From: Treponemataceae bacterium
GTDB taxonomy: Bacteria > Spirochaetota > Spirochaetia > Treponematales > Rectinemataceae
DNA: 64,000 nt
Assembly (NCBI GenBank): GCA_963667725.2
Contig: CAXXHO010000003.1
Coordinates: forward strand, 1,888,001-1,952,000
Direction of reading: 5' to 3'
Shown here piece by piece: positions 38,943 to 48,428 of this stretch (the first letter of the stretch is position 1; each line of letters opens with the position of its first letter). The notes under the pieces are model-generated. The model was not told where the DNA came from. It saw only the letters and a program-made list of their open reading frames with translations, and searched no databases. The position numbers were made by a program, and so were the translations under genes.

Positions 38943-41900
38943 TCAAGCACGCAAAAGGCTCTCGATGGTGAGGCTCACGGCGCCCCTGTTGTTCTCGACG
39001 AGGCCGGCTATCCAAAGCGGATGTTCTTCGAAGAGCAGGTGGCGATATTTGCGGTAGGCCTCGGGAAAGAGAACCGCTTCGAAGATGGCTGTCTCGTCTT
39101 CGAAGGAAACGAACTCCATGGTTTCCTCGCTGGCGGTGAGGACGGGCTTGGCCGTTATGGGCCAGCCGAGGAGGCGGACGCGGCGGCCCACCTTGCGCCG
39201 CAGGTCGATGGCGCGCTCGCGGGGAGCGGCGAAGGCGCGCGGCCAGAGCTCCAGTGGATGGGAATCGAGGGTGGTACCGAGATATTTGAGCTCGGCGACG
39301 CGCTTCTTGCGTGTGGAGCCTGGGGGCGGCTCGGGGGCGCAGGACGCCTGATGAGCGCGCGGCGCCGAGGCGCGGGGCTCCGGGGCGAGGCTTTCGCCAT
39401 CGGGCGCGAAAAGTTCGAGCGGCCTGCCAGCGGCAAGGGAAGCGCCTGAGGCCCCGGGGCCGCCCGAGGCGGCGGGGCCTCCTGCCGCGCCCTCGCGCGC
39501 CGCGCAGAGGGAAAGGAGAGCCATGAGGGCGTCGGAGCGTTTCGCGCCTCCAAGGAGACTGTCGAAGGCGCCCGAGCCCACCAGGGCTTCGGCATCGGAC
39601 CGCTCGAAGCGCTGGCGACGCGCAAAGTCCTCGACGGAAAGGTAAGGCCCTCCTCGCTTCCGTTCGCGGAGCATGTCGGCGGCGACGCCCGCGCCGAGCG
39701 AGGAGAGCATGCAGAAGCCGAAGCGGATCCTGCCTCGTCGCCCTCTGCATCGCTGTTCGCTCAGGTTGATGTCGGGAGGAAGGAGGGCGATTCCCATCCG
39801 CCTCGATTCGCTCGCGTAGGCAAGCGTGGAGTAGAATCCCCCGTGGTTGGAGAGGACAGCCGCCATGAACTCGGCGGGATAGTGGGCGCGCAGATAGGCG
39901 GACTGGAAGGAGAGCATGGCATAGCTGGCTGAATGGGCCTTCACGAAGGAATAGCCTGAGAACGAACAGATCATGGCCCAGACCGCCTCGGTGCTGGCCT
40001 CGTCGGCGCCCCGCGCCGCGGCGCCCTCGAAAAAAGCGCTCCTGTATTCCTGGAGCCTGGTGTCGGCGTCTTTCTTCGAAAGGATCTTGCGGATGCCATC
40101 GGCTTCGGAAGAGGAGAAGCCCGCGAGGGCTATGGCCGCCTTCGACACGTCCTCCTGGTAGCAGAGGATGCCGTAGCTTTCGTCGAAAAGCCCCGCAAGG
40201 AGGGGATGAAAGGCCTTCCAGTGCTTGCCCCGCAGACGATCGACATATTCGTCTATATATTTGTTCGCAGCGGGACGGATGATGGATGAGTGGATGACGA
40301 GGTGCTCGAAATCCCCCCTCCCCGTCTTGATCTGCAGAAGGCGCATAGCGGGACTCTCCACATAGAAGACGCCCATCGTGTCCCCCCTCGCGAGAAGGGC
40401 GACCGTGGCGGCGTCGTCGATCGGCTTCCATTTCCCCGTATCGAAGGACGGATCGTTTTCGCGCAGGTCGGCGAGCGCGTCCCTGACGACGGCGAGGGAA
40501 CGGTTCCCGAGGAGGTCTATTTTCACGAGGCCGGCTTCCTCCGCCCCTTCCTTGTCCCAGGCGATCACCCTTATGCCGTTGCCCGTCTCCTCGATGGGGA
40601 CATGGTCGGCCAGAAGGTCCGGCACGATGATGACGCCGCCCGAATGCGTGCCCAGATGCCGCGGCAGGCCGACGATGCTCGCCGCTCGCCGCGCGATGAT
40701 CTTCCATTCCGGATCGGCCGAAGAGAGGGTTCCGTCGGTATCCACCTTGAGGGAGCGCTCGAAGTCCGAAATCTCGGCGTCGGGCATGCCGAAGGCCCTG
40801 GCGGTTTCGCGCAGGCCCGAGCGCGAGCGGAAGCAATTGTGGTTGGCCACCCTGGCCGTATGCTCGGGCCCGTAGGCCTTCACCACTTCGTCCAGAAGCG
40901 CGTCGCGCTCGTCCCAGGCGAAATCCACGTCGATGTCGGGCGGGTCTTTCCTCCCCGGGTTCAGGAAGCGTTCAAAGTAAAGGGAATGGCGGATAGGATC
41001 GACCTCGGTGATGCCGAGGCAGTAGGCGACGATGCTCGCGGCCGCGCTGCCGCGGCCGCAGATGCGCGAGGCCTTCTTTATTATGTCCCAGACCACGAGA
41101 AAATAGTCGCAGAATCCCTTGGACTCGATGAGCGCAAGTTCGCGCTCGATTCTCGCTTCCACCTCGGCGGTCACGGGCGAGTAGCGCCGCGCCGCTCCTT
41201 CGTAGACGAGGCTGCGAAGGAGTTCGGAGGATGATGCCTCGGGGCTTGCCCTATGCGTCGCTTCCGAAACGGCGTCGGCCGCCATTCCGAAACGGGGAAA
41301 GACAAAGCCCGAAAAGGGCTCTCCCAGGGCCTCGCGCGCGATGAGGGCGTTGGAGGCGAAAGCTTTTTCCATCCACGCGGCCTGGGAAGGGAGAACGGCC
41401 CAGGGGCCGGTGTCTGGGGCAACGACTGGGGCAGAGGCTGAAGCGGCGGCCGGAACGGCATTCCAGAGCGCCTCGGGCGGGTCCAGCATGTCGTCGCCGA
41501 TATCGTGGACCGTGAGGTTCGCCCCGATGGCGAGCAGTAGCCGCTGGACTTCGCGCTGCTCAGGCTCGAGAAAGCTCGCCTCGGGCGTCGCGACGGGCCT
41601 GTGGCCCGAGGCGGCGAGGCGGCGCCACTTGGCTCTGTTGCAGGGCGTGACGAGGGCGAAGAGGCAATCGCGGGGCGAAAAACGCGCGAGGAGGTTCTCG
41701 TCGTCCGTGAGGATGAAGAGGCCGCCAAGCCGGTCCGCACCTTCAGCACCGCGCGCGGCTTCCAGGATGCCGGCCACGGCTTCCCGGAGATCGTAGGGGG
41801 GACGGCGGCCCTTCCCTCGCCGCTTCGTCGGCCTGCCGGCCTTTTCGGCCGCCTCCGCGGCTGCCCTCGCGGTCAGGAGCCGCGAAATCGCCGAAAAACC

Positions 41901-42143
41901 CGCCTTCGTCGCGGCGATGAGGACGGCGCGGCCTCCTTCATAAACAAGCTCCGTTCCGACGATCGGCTTCAAGCCCGCCTTTCGGCAGGCCTCCGTGAAG
42001 GTGGGGACGCCATAGACGCCATTCCGGTCCGTCAGCCCGAGACGCGGCAGGCCCGCCGCCTTCGCCGCCGCAGCCCACGCCGCGGGCTGGACGACGCCGC
42101 GCATCATCGAGTAGGAGGAACGGACGACGAGGGGCACGAGCAT
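38943..42143 (-). CDS. dnaE2: Error-prone DNA polymerase III alpha subunit
   Basis: GRGSAAAS, FERFLNPGR..PPDIDVDF, HSGG, KIDLLG, YSFVKAHSASY, OB fold; degenerate PHP (LVVRSSYS); follows imuB-like gene. Confidence 0.9.
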   Translation of the reverse strand: MLVPLVVRSSYSMMRGVVQPAAWAAAAKAAGLPRLGLTDRNGVYGVPTFTEACRKAGLKPIVGTELVYEGGRAVLIAATKAGFSAISRLLTARAAAEAAEKAGRPTKRRGKGRRPPYDLREAVAGILEAARGAEGADRLGGLFILTDDENLLARFSPRDCLFALVTPCNRAKWRRLAASGHRPVATPEASFLEPEQREVQRLLLAIGANLTVHDIGDDMLDPPEALWNAVPAAASASAPVVAPDTGPWAVLPSQAAWMEKAFASNALIAREALGEPFSGFVFPRFGMAADAVSEATHRASPEASSSELLRSLVYEGAARRYSPVTAEVEARIERELALIESKGFCDYFLVVWDIIKKASRICGRGSAAASIVAYCLGITEVDPIRHSLYFERFLNPGRKDPPDIDVDFAWDERDALLDEVVKAYGPEHTARVANHNCFRSRSGLRETARAFGMPDAEISDFERSLKVDTDGTLSSADPEWKIIARRAASIVGLPRHLGTHSGGVIIVPDLLADHVPIEETGNGIRVIAWDKEGAEEAGLVKIDLLGNRSLAVVRDALADLRENDPSFDTGKWKPIDDAATVALLARGDTMGVFYVESPAMRLLQIKTGRGDFEHLVIHSSIIRPAANKYIDEYVDRLRGKHWKAFHPLLAGLFDESYGILCYQEDVSKAAIALAGFSSSEADGIRKILSKKDADTRLQEYRSAFFEGAAARGADEASTEAVWAMICSFSGYSFVKAHSASYAMLSFQSAYLRAHYPAEFMAAVLSNHGGFYSTLAYASESRRMGIALLPPDINLSEQRCRGRRGRIRFGFCMLSSLGAGVAADMLRERKRGGPYLSVEDFARRQRFERSDAEALVGSGAFDSLLGGAKRSDALMALLSLCAAREGAAGGPAASGGPGASGASLAAGRPLELFAPDGESLAPEPRASAPRAHQASCAPEPPPGSTRKKRVAELKYLGTTLDSHPLELWPRAFAAPRERAIDLRRKVGRRVRLLGWPITAKPVLTASEETMEFVSFEDETAIFEAVLFPEAYRKYRHLLFEEHPLWIAGLVENNRGAVSLTIESLLRA

Positions 42144-42145
42144 GG

Positions 42146-43339
42146 TCAGGCGCTCCCTTCCGACAGGCGCGGGCCCAGGATGCCAGCCGTCATGAACGCG
42201 CAGGGAGTCAGGGCGACAAACCCATATTTTCGGTGAACCTTGTCCAGGGCCGTCTGCAGCCGCGCCGACTTCGATTCCGAAGGCTCGAAGAGATCGAGCT
42301 CCGGCCCCGCCGCGCCGAACTCGGAAAGCTCGACGCCGAGGCGGCGCACCCGCACGCGGCGTTCCATGGCTCGCTGGGCTATGTCCCAGGCCATGGCGGC
42401 GATCTCGTCGTCCCTCGTGAGGATGCGCGGCGACCGAGCCGAAGCGGAGGCGAAGCGCCCGTCGCTGTAGTCGATCCTGAGCGTCACCTTCCGCGCGCCG
42501 AGATTTTCCTTGCGCGCGGCGAAGCCGAGTGTCGCCGCGAGATAGGCGAGATGAAGGCGGAGCGCCTCCTGCTCGGCGGTGTCGGGCTCGAGAACCGCGG
42601 AATCCCTGAGGCAGCGCCTTTCAGGGGGCTCGGGATTGACCGGCGAGTCGTCGATACCTCTCGCCCTCGCCACGAGTTCGGGCCCGCGGGGACCGATGGC
42701 TCTCGCCTGGAAGGCTCCAAGGTCGGCGATGCCGCCGATATCGTCGATATCGAGGAGACTGAGCCTATCCTTGAGCACCGGGCCCACGCCGGGCAGAAGC
42801 TCCACGGGCTGAAGCCTGACAAGGCTGGCTTCCTCGTGCGGAAGGAGAGCGACGAAGCCGCCCGGCCTGAACACCCTGGTGGCCACCTTCGAAACCGTCT
42901 TGTTCGAGGCGAGAGCGAGGCTCGGCTGGACGCCCGTCTCCTCCATTATTCTCATCCGGATCTTCTGCGTCGCGTCCTCCGGCACGCCGTTTATGCGAGA
43001 GGTTCCCGCCAGATCGATGAATAGATGCCCCTGCCCTGCCTTCTCGACGAGGGGAGAAAAGGACATGCCGATCTCCCACATGGCGGCGTCAGCTTTTCGG
43101 TACAGGTCGGGGTGAGGCGGCCTCACCGCGAGGCCGGGAAGACGGTGCCGCGCCAGCGACAGCATCATGCCCCGCCTGATGCCTTCCCTGTGCGCTTCCG
43201 GCGAAAGATCGAGGACGATGGCGCGAGCAGCTCCCTCTCTCGCGACCACAAAGGGACGCGACCTGAGGCCGCGGTCCAGCCCCTCCTCGATGGCTGCCAT
43301 GAGACCCACGGCGTTGACGTGGAGGACCGTGCCGCCCAT
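42146..43339 (-). CDS. Y-family polymerase homologue lacking catalytic residues (ImuB-like)
   Basis: VLHVN in place of LHVD; GQGHLFID in place of SIDEAFLD; ASNKTVSKVA, LPGVG; clamp-like ELDLF; LDKVHRKYG. Confidence 0.82.
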   Translation of the reverse strand: MGGTVLHVNAVGLMAAIEEGLDRGLRSRPFVVAREGAARAIVLDLSPEAHREGIRRGMMLSLARHRLPGLAVRPPHPDLYRKADAAMWEIGMSFSPLVEKAGQGHLFIDLAGTSRINGVPEDATQKIRMRIMEETGVQPSLALASNKTVSKVATRVFRPGGFVALLPHEEASLVRLQPVELLPGVGPVLKDRLSLLDIDDIGGIADLGAFQARAIGPRGPELVARARGIDDSPVNPEPPERRCLRDSAVLEPDTAEQEALRLHLAYLAATLGFAARKENLGARKVTLRIDYSDGRFASASARSPRILTRDDEIAAMAWDIAQRAMERRVRVRRLGVELSEFGAAGPELDLFEPSESKSARLQTALDKVHRKYGFVALTPCAFMTAGILGPRLSEGSA

Positions 43340-44241
43340 CAGCCGCCTCCTGCCGAATCTTCGGCGCGCTTCGAGACCCCGTCCCCGGAGAGCCCGGCCC
43401 ACAGTTCGGCCATGAGAACCGCGCTCGCCGCCGCTTCATTTCCGTCACCTGCCGCCCCGCCGTCTTCGCCCGCCGCGCTCCCCTCGCCCGCCGCGAAAAT
43501 CACCCTGAGCTTGGCCGCCTGGGCCGCGAGCGCCTCGAGCCGGGGCAGCCAAGAGAACAAATCGGTCCTGCCGTTGAGTTTCAGGTACACGAGGGAAGAA
43601 GTCACGACATCGATGGAAGGGGGCGATCCCGGCTTTCTCGGCATGTCGAGGAGGCAAAGAGCCACGCCGCGCGTCTTCAGGCCCTCGATGACCCTCGCCG
43701 AATACCAGTCGGCGCCATAGAAAGCCACGGCGAGGGGCAGGCCCGAAAGATCCTTCGTCACGCGGTCGAGATGCCGGCGCGCGGCGGCGCCGTAGGAGCA
43801 GCAAGCGGGAAATTCGATGAGGAGAGCGGCTATGGCGGCCTTGGCCCAGGGCTTCTCCATGAGACGGCGGCAATCGGCGACGGCTTTCGCATAGGCGGCT
43901 TCCCTGTCCGCCGCCGTCGGCCTTCCCTTCGCCAGTCCTCCCTCCTCCAACATTCCCCCGGCCGGCCCGATGAAGTCTTCGCCCAGGCGGAGACAAAGAT
44001 CGGAGAAGCCTCGCGCCAAGGTCGGCGCGGGCGCCAAGGTCGGCGCGGGCTGAGAGGCGCCCTCCGGGACGGGCAACGGGGCCAGGGCAGAGGGCGCCAG
44101 GGTCCGCGCCCAGACCCCGAAAGGCAGCTCCACCGTCGTGATACCCGGGGCAGGCGACGCGCCTAACTCGCGGGGCCTATTCCCCGCGGGCGCGATGCCA
44201 AAGTGGACATCGGGCGATATCATCCACCTGTCTCCGATCAT
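43339..44241 (-). CDS. Degenerate DUF72 (YecE)-like protein
   Basis: LLIEFP, PLAVAFY..DW, CLLDMP, VTSSLVYLKLNGR resemble the DUF72 C-terminal half; TGA overlaps ATG of next gene. Confidence 0.6.
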   Translation of the reverse strand: MIGDRWMISPDVHFGIAPAGNRPRELGASPAPGITTVELPFGVWARTLAPSALAPLPVPEGASQPAPTLAPAPTLARGFSDLCLRLGEDFIGPAGGMLEEGGLAKGRPTAADREAAYAKAVADCRRLMEKPWAKAAIAALLIEFPACCSYGAAARRHLDRVTKDLSGLPLAVAFYGADWYSARVIEGLKTRGVALCLLDMPRKPGSPPSIDVVTSSLVYLKLNGRTDLFSWLPRLEALAAQAAKLRVIFAAGEGSAAGEDGGAAGDGNEAAASAVLMAELWAGLSGDGVSKRAEDSAGGG

Positions 44242-44247
44242 ACTTCA

Positions 44248-44277
44248 ATTATAACTATACATTTGTTAAGTATTCAA
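44248..44277 (-). promoter_or_regulatory. Promoter of the mutagenesis cassette, probably leaderless
   Basis: Minus strand TTGAAT-N18-TATAAT ending 6 nt before the ATG; TAAC-N9-GTTA palindrome 44252-44268. Confidence 0.55.
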
Positions 44278-44344
44278 GGGTGAAAAACAAGCCTTTTGTT
44301 GATCGATATCCTGATACGTCGCTAGGTAATTCTCACATCTATTG

Positions 44345-44402
44345 TTGACTGGTCCTAAAAACCGTGTTACAAATAATTTATTATTACGATGTTTTTTTAT
44401 TA
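44345..44402 (+). promoter_or_regulatory. Promoter/operator copy 1 of the lower-GC block
   Basis: TTGACT-N17-TACAAA; 44363-44390 matches reverse complement of 54313-54340 at 25/28. Confidence 0.75.
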
Positions 44403-44431
44403 CTAGATTTTTACGACGTATGGGGGTGCCC

Positions 44432-45598
44432 ATGTATGACTTTGATTCGCTTCTCTCGAGAAGAGGAACTTCCTCCACCAAATGGGATGCCCTTTCCAGA
44501 GACTACGGCAACGCTAAACTGCTGCCTTTTTGGGTCGCTGATATGGATTTCGAGCTCCCGCCGGAACTAAACGAAGCATTGAGACAACGCACTATCGACG
44601 CAACGTATGGATATACCTTTGCCAGCGATTCATACTTCCATAGCATTGAAAAGTGGTATGCGGTGCGTCATGAGATGTCGGTAAAGAAAGAAGAAATCGT
44701 CAACGTTCCCGGCGTGCTCACCGGACTCAGCCTGTCGATAAGCGCCTTATGTGGAAAGAACGACAGAATCCTCATCAATACTCCCGCATACCCTCCCTTT
44801 TTAGGGCTTACAAAAAACAGTGACCTCGAGTTGATTCACTCGCCCCTTCTCAAGAAAAAGACCGGATATGAATTTGATTTCCAGGATCTTGAGAGAAACC
44901 TTGAGCGGGGAATACGTTGTCTCGTTTTATGTAGCCCTCATAATCCGGTAGGCCGCGTCTGGACTCGGAACGAGCTCGCCAGAATTGTGGAATTGTGCGA
45001 TTCGTATGGAACCTTCATCCTTTCGGACGAAATACATTGCGACCTTGTCTATCCAGGCCATCGGCACCTGCCATTGATGAGCATATCGGAACGCGCGAAA
45101 CAAATTTCCCTGATCGCTTCCGCCCCGAGCAAGACATTCAATGTCGCCGGCCTGAAAAGCTCTTATCTGATCATCCGGAATAGCGAGGTTCGCGAAAAGA
45201 TAAAAGCGATGGTCGAGAAATATCATCTCTATACCAACCTTTTCGGGCTATTAGCAACCGAGATCGCCTATAGCCATGGCGACGAATGGCTGGACGAACT
45301 ATTGGCCTATCTCTGGAAGAACGCGTGCTTCGTACGCGATTTTGTGGCACACAGAAAGCTAAAAATCAAAGTAGAGCTGCCTGAAGCGACCTATTTGATG
45401 TGGATGGATTTCTCCAAATATGGCATGAGTCAAGAAGCGCTGATGGAAAGACTTAAAAATGTCGCCGGGGTCGCGCTGAACAACGGCCTAGATTTTGGGG
45501 ACCAAGGTCTTGGGTACGCGCGATTGAATATCGGCACGACGAGAAAATTTCTCGAGGAAGGCATGGAGCGCATCGCCGATGCCTTCATGGGCCTTTGA
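44432..45598 (+). CDS. PatB/MalY-family PLP-dependent C-S lyase/aminotransferase
   Basis: STKWD, WVADMDF, CSPHNPVGRVW, SDEIH, SKTFN, ATYLMW. Confidence 0.92.
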   Translation: MYDFDSLLSRRGTSSTKWDALSRDYGNAKLLPFWVADMDFELPPELNEALRQRTIDATYGYTFASDSYFHSIEKWYAVRHEMSVKKEEIVNVPGVLTGLSLSISALCGKNDRILINTPAYPPFLGLTKNSDLELIHSPLLKKKTGYEFDFQDLERNLERGIRCLVLCSPHNPVGRVWTRNELARIVELCDSYGTFILSDEIHCDLVYPGHRHLPLMSISERAKQISLIASAPSKTFNVAGLKSSYLIIRNSEVREKIKAMVEKYHLYTNLFGLLATEIAYSHGDEWLDELLAYLWKNACFVRDFVAHRKLKIKVELPEATYLMWMDFSKYGMSQEALMERLKNVAGVALNNGLDFGDQGLGYARLNIGTTRKFLEEGMERIADAFMGL

Positions 45599-45639
45599 AA
45601 TACATCGTATGCAGACGATCACAGGATGGAGGTGAAGCA

Positions 45640-46749
45640 ATGGATCGAAAAGCCATAGATCTCGTTTTTCTTTCTGAAAAAGACATGATCGAATCCGGAG
45701 TGCAGGATACAAAAAAATGCCTTGCCGTGATGGAAGAAACCTTCCGCTTGCTTGGGGAAGGTGACTACATCATGGGCGGCCCGAACGAGAATAGCCATGG
45801 TAGTCTTCTATGGTTTCCCGAACGAAGTCCATTCCCGAAGATGCCGATCGCGGGCCCTGACAGGCGATATATGGCAATGCCAGCATATCTGGGCGGACGA
45901 TTCAACATGACAGGCGTTAAATGGTACGGATCAAACATCAAAAATCCGGAAAAAGGTTTGCCTCGTTCTGTACTGCTTGTCTGCCTTAATGACGCGGATA
46001 CCGGCGAGCCTTTGGCCATAATGTCGGCGAATCTCCTTAGCGCCATGAGAACCGGCTGCGTTCCGGGAGTAGCCACCAAGTATCTCGCCAGAAAGAACGC
46101 GAAAACGCTTGGGATAGTCGGATGTGGGGTGATGAACAAAGCCTGCTCCAAAGCGATTTTGGAAAATCTGCCATGGGGAGAAAAAGTCTATATTTACGAT
46201 ATAGTCCGGCAAAACGCTGAAAGATTCGCTTCGGAACTATCAGAAGAATACGGATTGGAGATGATTATCGCCGAGAACCTTGAGGCTGCGATCATCGATT
46301 CCGATGTCGTCAGCATCGCGGCTTCAGGAGCGGTTGCGGTCAAAGTAGAAAAGGATTGGCTGAAGAAAGGGTGTTTATTCACGGTAACCGGACATGTCGA
46401 CCTGGAAGACAGCTGCTATATCGAAAACAAGCTCATATTTGACGATTGGAAGATGCATAAAGCCTGGCTCGAAGAGGGCTTGATGCATGAAAAAGGAATT
46501 ATAAGCATTTCAAAATGGGTTCCGTCTTACCAGATATTGAAATTATACGATGACGGACTATTGACCGATGACAGGATGGTCAGTCTCGGGGATGTCGTAT
46601 TCGGCAAGGAACCGGGCAGAAAAAACGATGAAGAGATTATCATTTTCTCCGCGGGTGGGTTACCGGTTGAAGATGTCTCCTGGGGTTATTCTGTGTATCA
46701 AGAAGCTTTGGCTAAGGGTTTGGGCCAAAAGCTCGCGCTTTGGGGTTGA
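45640..46749 (+). CDS. Ornithine cyclodeaminase/mu-crystallin family (tyramine oxidase subunit B-like)
   Basis: DRRYMAMPAYLGG, KWYGSN..N...GLPRS, SAMRTG, GCGVM, GLPVEDV. Confidence 0.85.
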   Translation: MDRKAIDLVFLSEKDMIESGVQDTKKCLAVMEETFRLLGEGDYIMGGPNENSHGSLLWFPERSPFPKMPIAGPDRRYMAMPAYLGGRFNMTGVKWYGSNIKNPEKGLPRSVLLVCLNDADTGEPLAIMSANLLSAMRTGCVPGVATKYLARKNAKTLGIVGCGVMNKACSKAILENLPWGEKVYIYDIVRQNAERFASELSEEYGLEMIIAENLEAAIIDSDVVSIAASGAVAVKVEKDWLKKGCLFTVTGHVDLEDSCYIENKLIFDDWKMHKAWLEEGLMHEKGIISISKWVPSYQILKLYDDGLLTDDRMVSLGDVVFGKEPGRKNDEEIIIFSAGGLPVEDVSWGYSVYQEALAKGLGQKLALWG

Positions 46750-46831
46750 ACAGCTTAAGTTGGGTTTCCTTTCACCATATATCACGGTAGTGAATGATGG
46801 TGATTATTTTATCGCAAGGGGGAGGATAGCT

Positions 46832-48343
46832 ATGAAACTTGGAACAAAGGGGCTTGTGGTTCTATTGCTTTTCTGCATGACCTTTTCGCCGTTCGCTCAG
46901 GGCGCGCAGGGTAAAAACCTGAAAGATACGGTAACGGTGGTCTTGAAAGGAGAGCCCAGCAATATCGATCCGCATGGCAACGGGGAACTTGTCGCATTTA
47001 CAACGCAGATGCAGATTTACGACAACCTGCTAAAAAAAGACGCGAACGGCGCCATTGTGCCGGAGCTGGCGACCAAGTGGCAAGTAATTGACAAACAGAC
47101 CATCCGATTTTTCTTGAGAGAAGACGTATATTTCCATAATGGAGAAAAACTGACTGCCGAAGACGTCAGGTTTTCAATAGCAAGGGCAACCCAGAAACCT
47201 TCCAGTTCCGCCATATTCAAAGGCTTCGATGGAGAAAAGACAAAGGTCGTCAATGATTATACGATTGATATCGTCACGAAAGGACCTTTTGCCGGCATCT
47301 ACAATTACCTCTGTTCTTCCCGAGGCAATATTCTCAGCAAGAAAGCGGTTATGGAGATGGGTGATGCCAAATTTGGACGAAATCCAGTAGGAAGCGGCCC
47401 TTTCATCTTCGACACCTGGAGGACCGGCACCGATATCAAGCTAGTCAGGAATGAAAAATATTGGGGCACCAAACCTACTTTCTCCACCATGATCCTCAAG
47501 TTTGTCCCCGAAACCGCTTCGAGAGCGATAGAAATAGAGAGCGGCAATGCCGATGTCATCTTCGATCCAGATCCTGCCGATATTCCCAGACTGAGCAAGA
47601 ACAAGAATCTCAAGGTCATATCCGGACCTAGCTACGCGAATAGCTACATAGTATTCAAAATGTCCGATCCGGTTTTTAGCGATATAAAGCTTAGGCAAGC
47701 TCTTTCTCTTGCCCTCAACAAGGCGGGCATCGTGCAAGCGATCTATGGTGAGCTCGGGAAGCCTTCACAGAGTGTTTTCGCCAGCACTATATTTTCGTAT
47801 AAACCGATGGGCGTGACGGAATACAATGTTGAAAAGGCCGCGGCGCTTGTGAAGGAAGCTGGCTACAAGAACGGACTCGATGTCGTGCTAGCCACCCCGA
47901 ACACAAAACAGCTTATGGATATCGCCGAAATCGCACAGAACATGTGGAAGAAAATCGGAGTAAACGCGACGATCAAAACGACAGCAATGGCGGAATTCCT
48001 TGCCGCGGGACGACGCGGAGAAAACCAAATAGCTATTTCCGCCGCAAATTATACTACGGGTGATCCCGGACACGCTCTTGCCGATTTCGATACTCGAAGC
48101 GATGGATTCTTCAAGCCGATAGATAAGAAAATCGACGCTTATCTGGATCAGGGCGCTTCGACGTTCGAGACGGAAGCAAGGAAGAAAGTCTACCAAGAAG
48201 TCCAGCAATATATCTATAATCAGTACTATATGCTGCCAATCGCCGATACGAACGTCAATTACGTCACGACGAGCAAAGTTGAGAATTTCTTCTGCGATCC
48301 GGGAAATTCGCCTTATCTCGGCGATATTAAAGTATATCAGTAA
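46832..48343 (+). CDS. Family-5 (Opp/Dpp) ABC solute-binding protein
   Basis: VPELATKW, LREDVYFHNGEKLTAEDV, PVGSGPF, RNEKYWG. Confidence 0.92.
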   Translation: MKLGTKGLVVLLLFCMTFSPFAQGAQGKNLKDTVTVVLKGEPSNIDPHGNGELVAFTTQMQIYDNLLKKDANGAIVPELATKWQVIDKQTIRFFLREDVYFHNGEKLTAEDVRFSIARATQKPSSSAIFKGFDGEKTKVVNDYTIDIVTKGPFAGIYNYLCSSRGNILSKKAVMEMGDAKFGRNPVGSGPFIFDTWRTGTDIKLVRNEKYWGTKPTFSTMILKFVPETASRAIEIESGNADVIFDPDPADIPRLSKNKNLKVISGPSYANSYIVFKMSDPVFSDIKLRQALSLALNKAGIVQAIYGELGKPSQSVFASTIFSYKPMGVTEYNVEKAAALVKEAGYKNGLDVVLATPNTKQLMDIAEIAQNMWKKIGVNATIKTTAMAEFLAAGRRGENQIAISAANYTTGDPGHALADFDTRSDGFFKPIDKKIDAYLDQGASTFETEARKKVYQEVQQYIYNQYYMLPIADTNVNYVTTSKVENFFCDPGNSPYLGDIKVYQ

Positions 48344-48360
48344 ATAGAATATCGCCAGTT

Positions 48361-48393
48361 GATGGCTGGCTGGAATATACCCAGTCAGCCATC
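48361..48393 (+). terminator. Stem-loop after binding-protein gene
   Basis: GATGGCTGGCTGG...CCAGTCAGCCATC. Confidence 0.55.
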
Positions 48394-48428
48394 TTTGCGG
48401 TTACATAAAATTCCAAAGAGAGGATTCC

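Noticed and set aside
38920..40836. 638-aa alternative-frame ORF inside dnaE2
   Set aside because: Arg/Pro/Gly-rich off-frame product of very high GC
44013..44049. Short tandem repeat GCCAAGGTCGGCGCGGGC (APTL twice)
   Set aside because: In-frame 18-bp coding duplication in a low-complexity linker; not CRISPR
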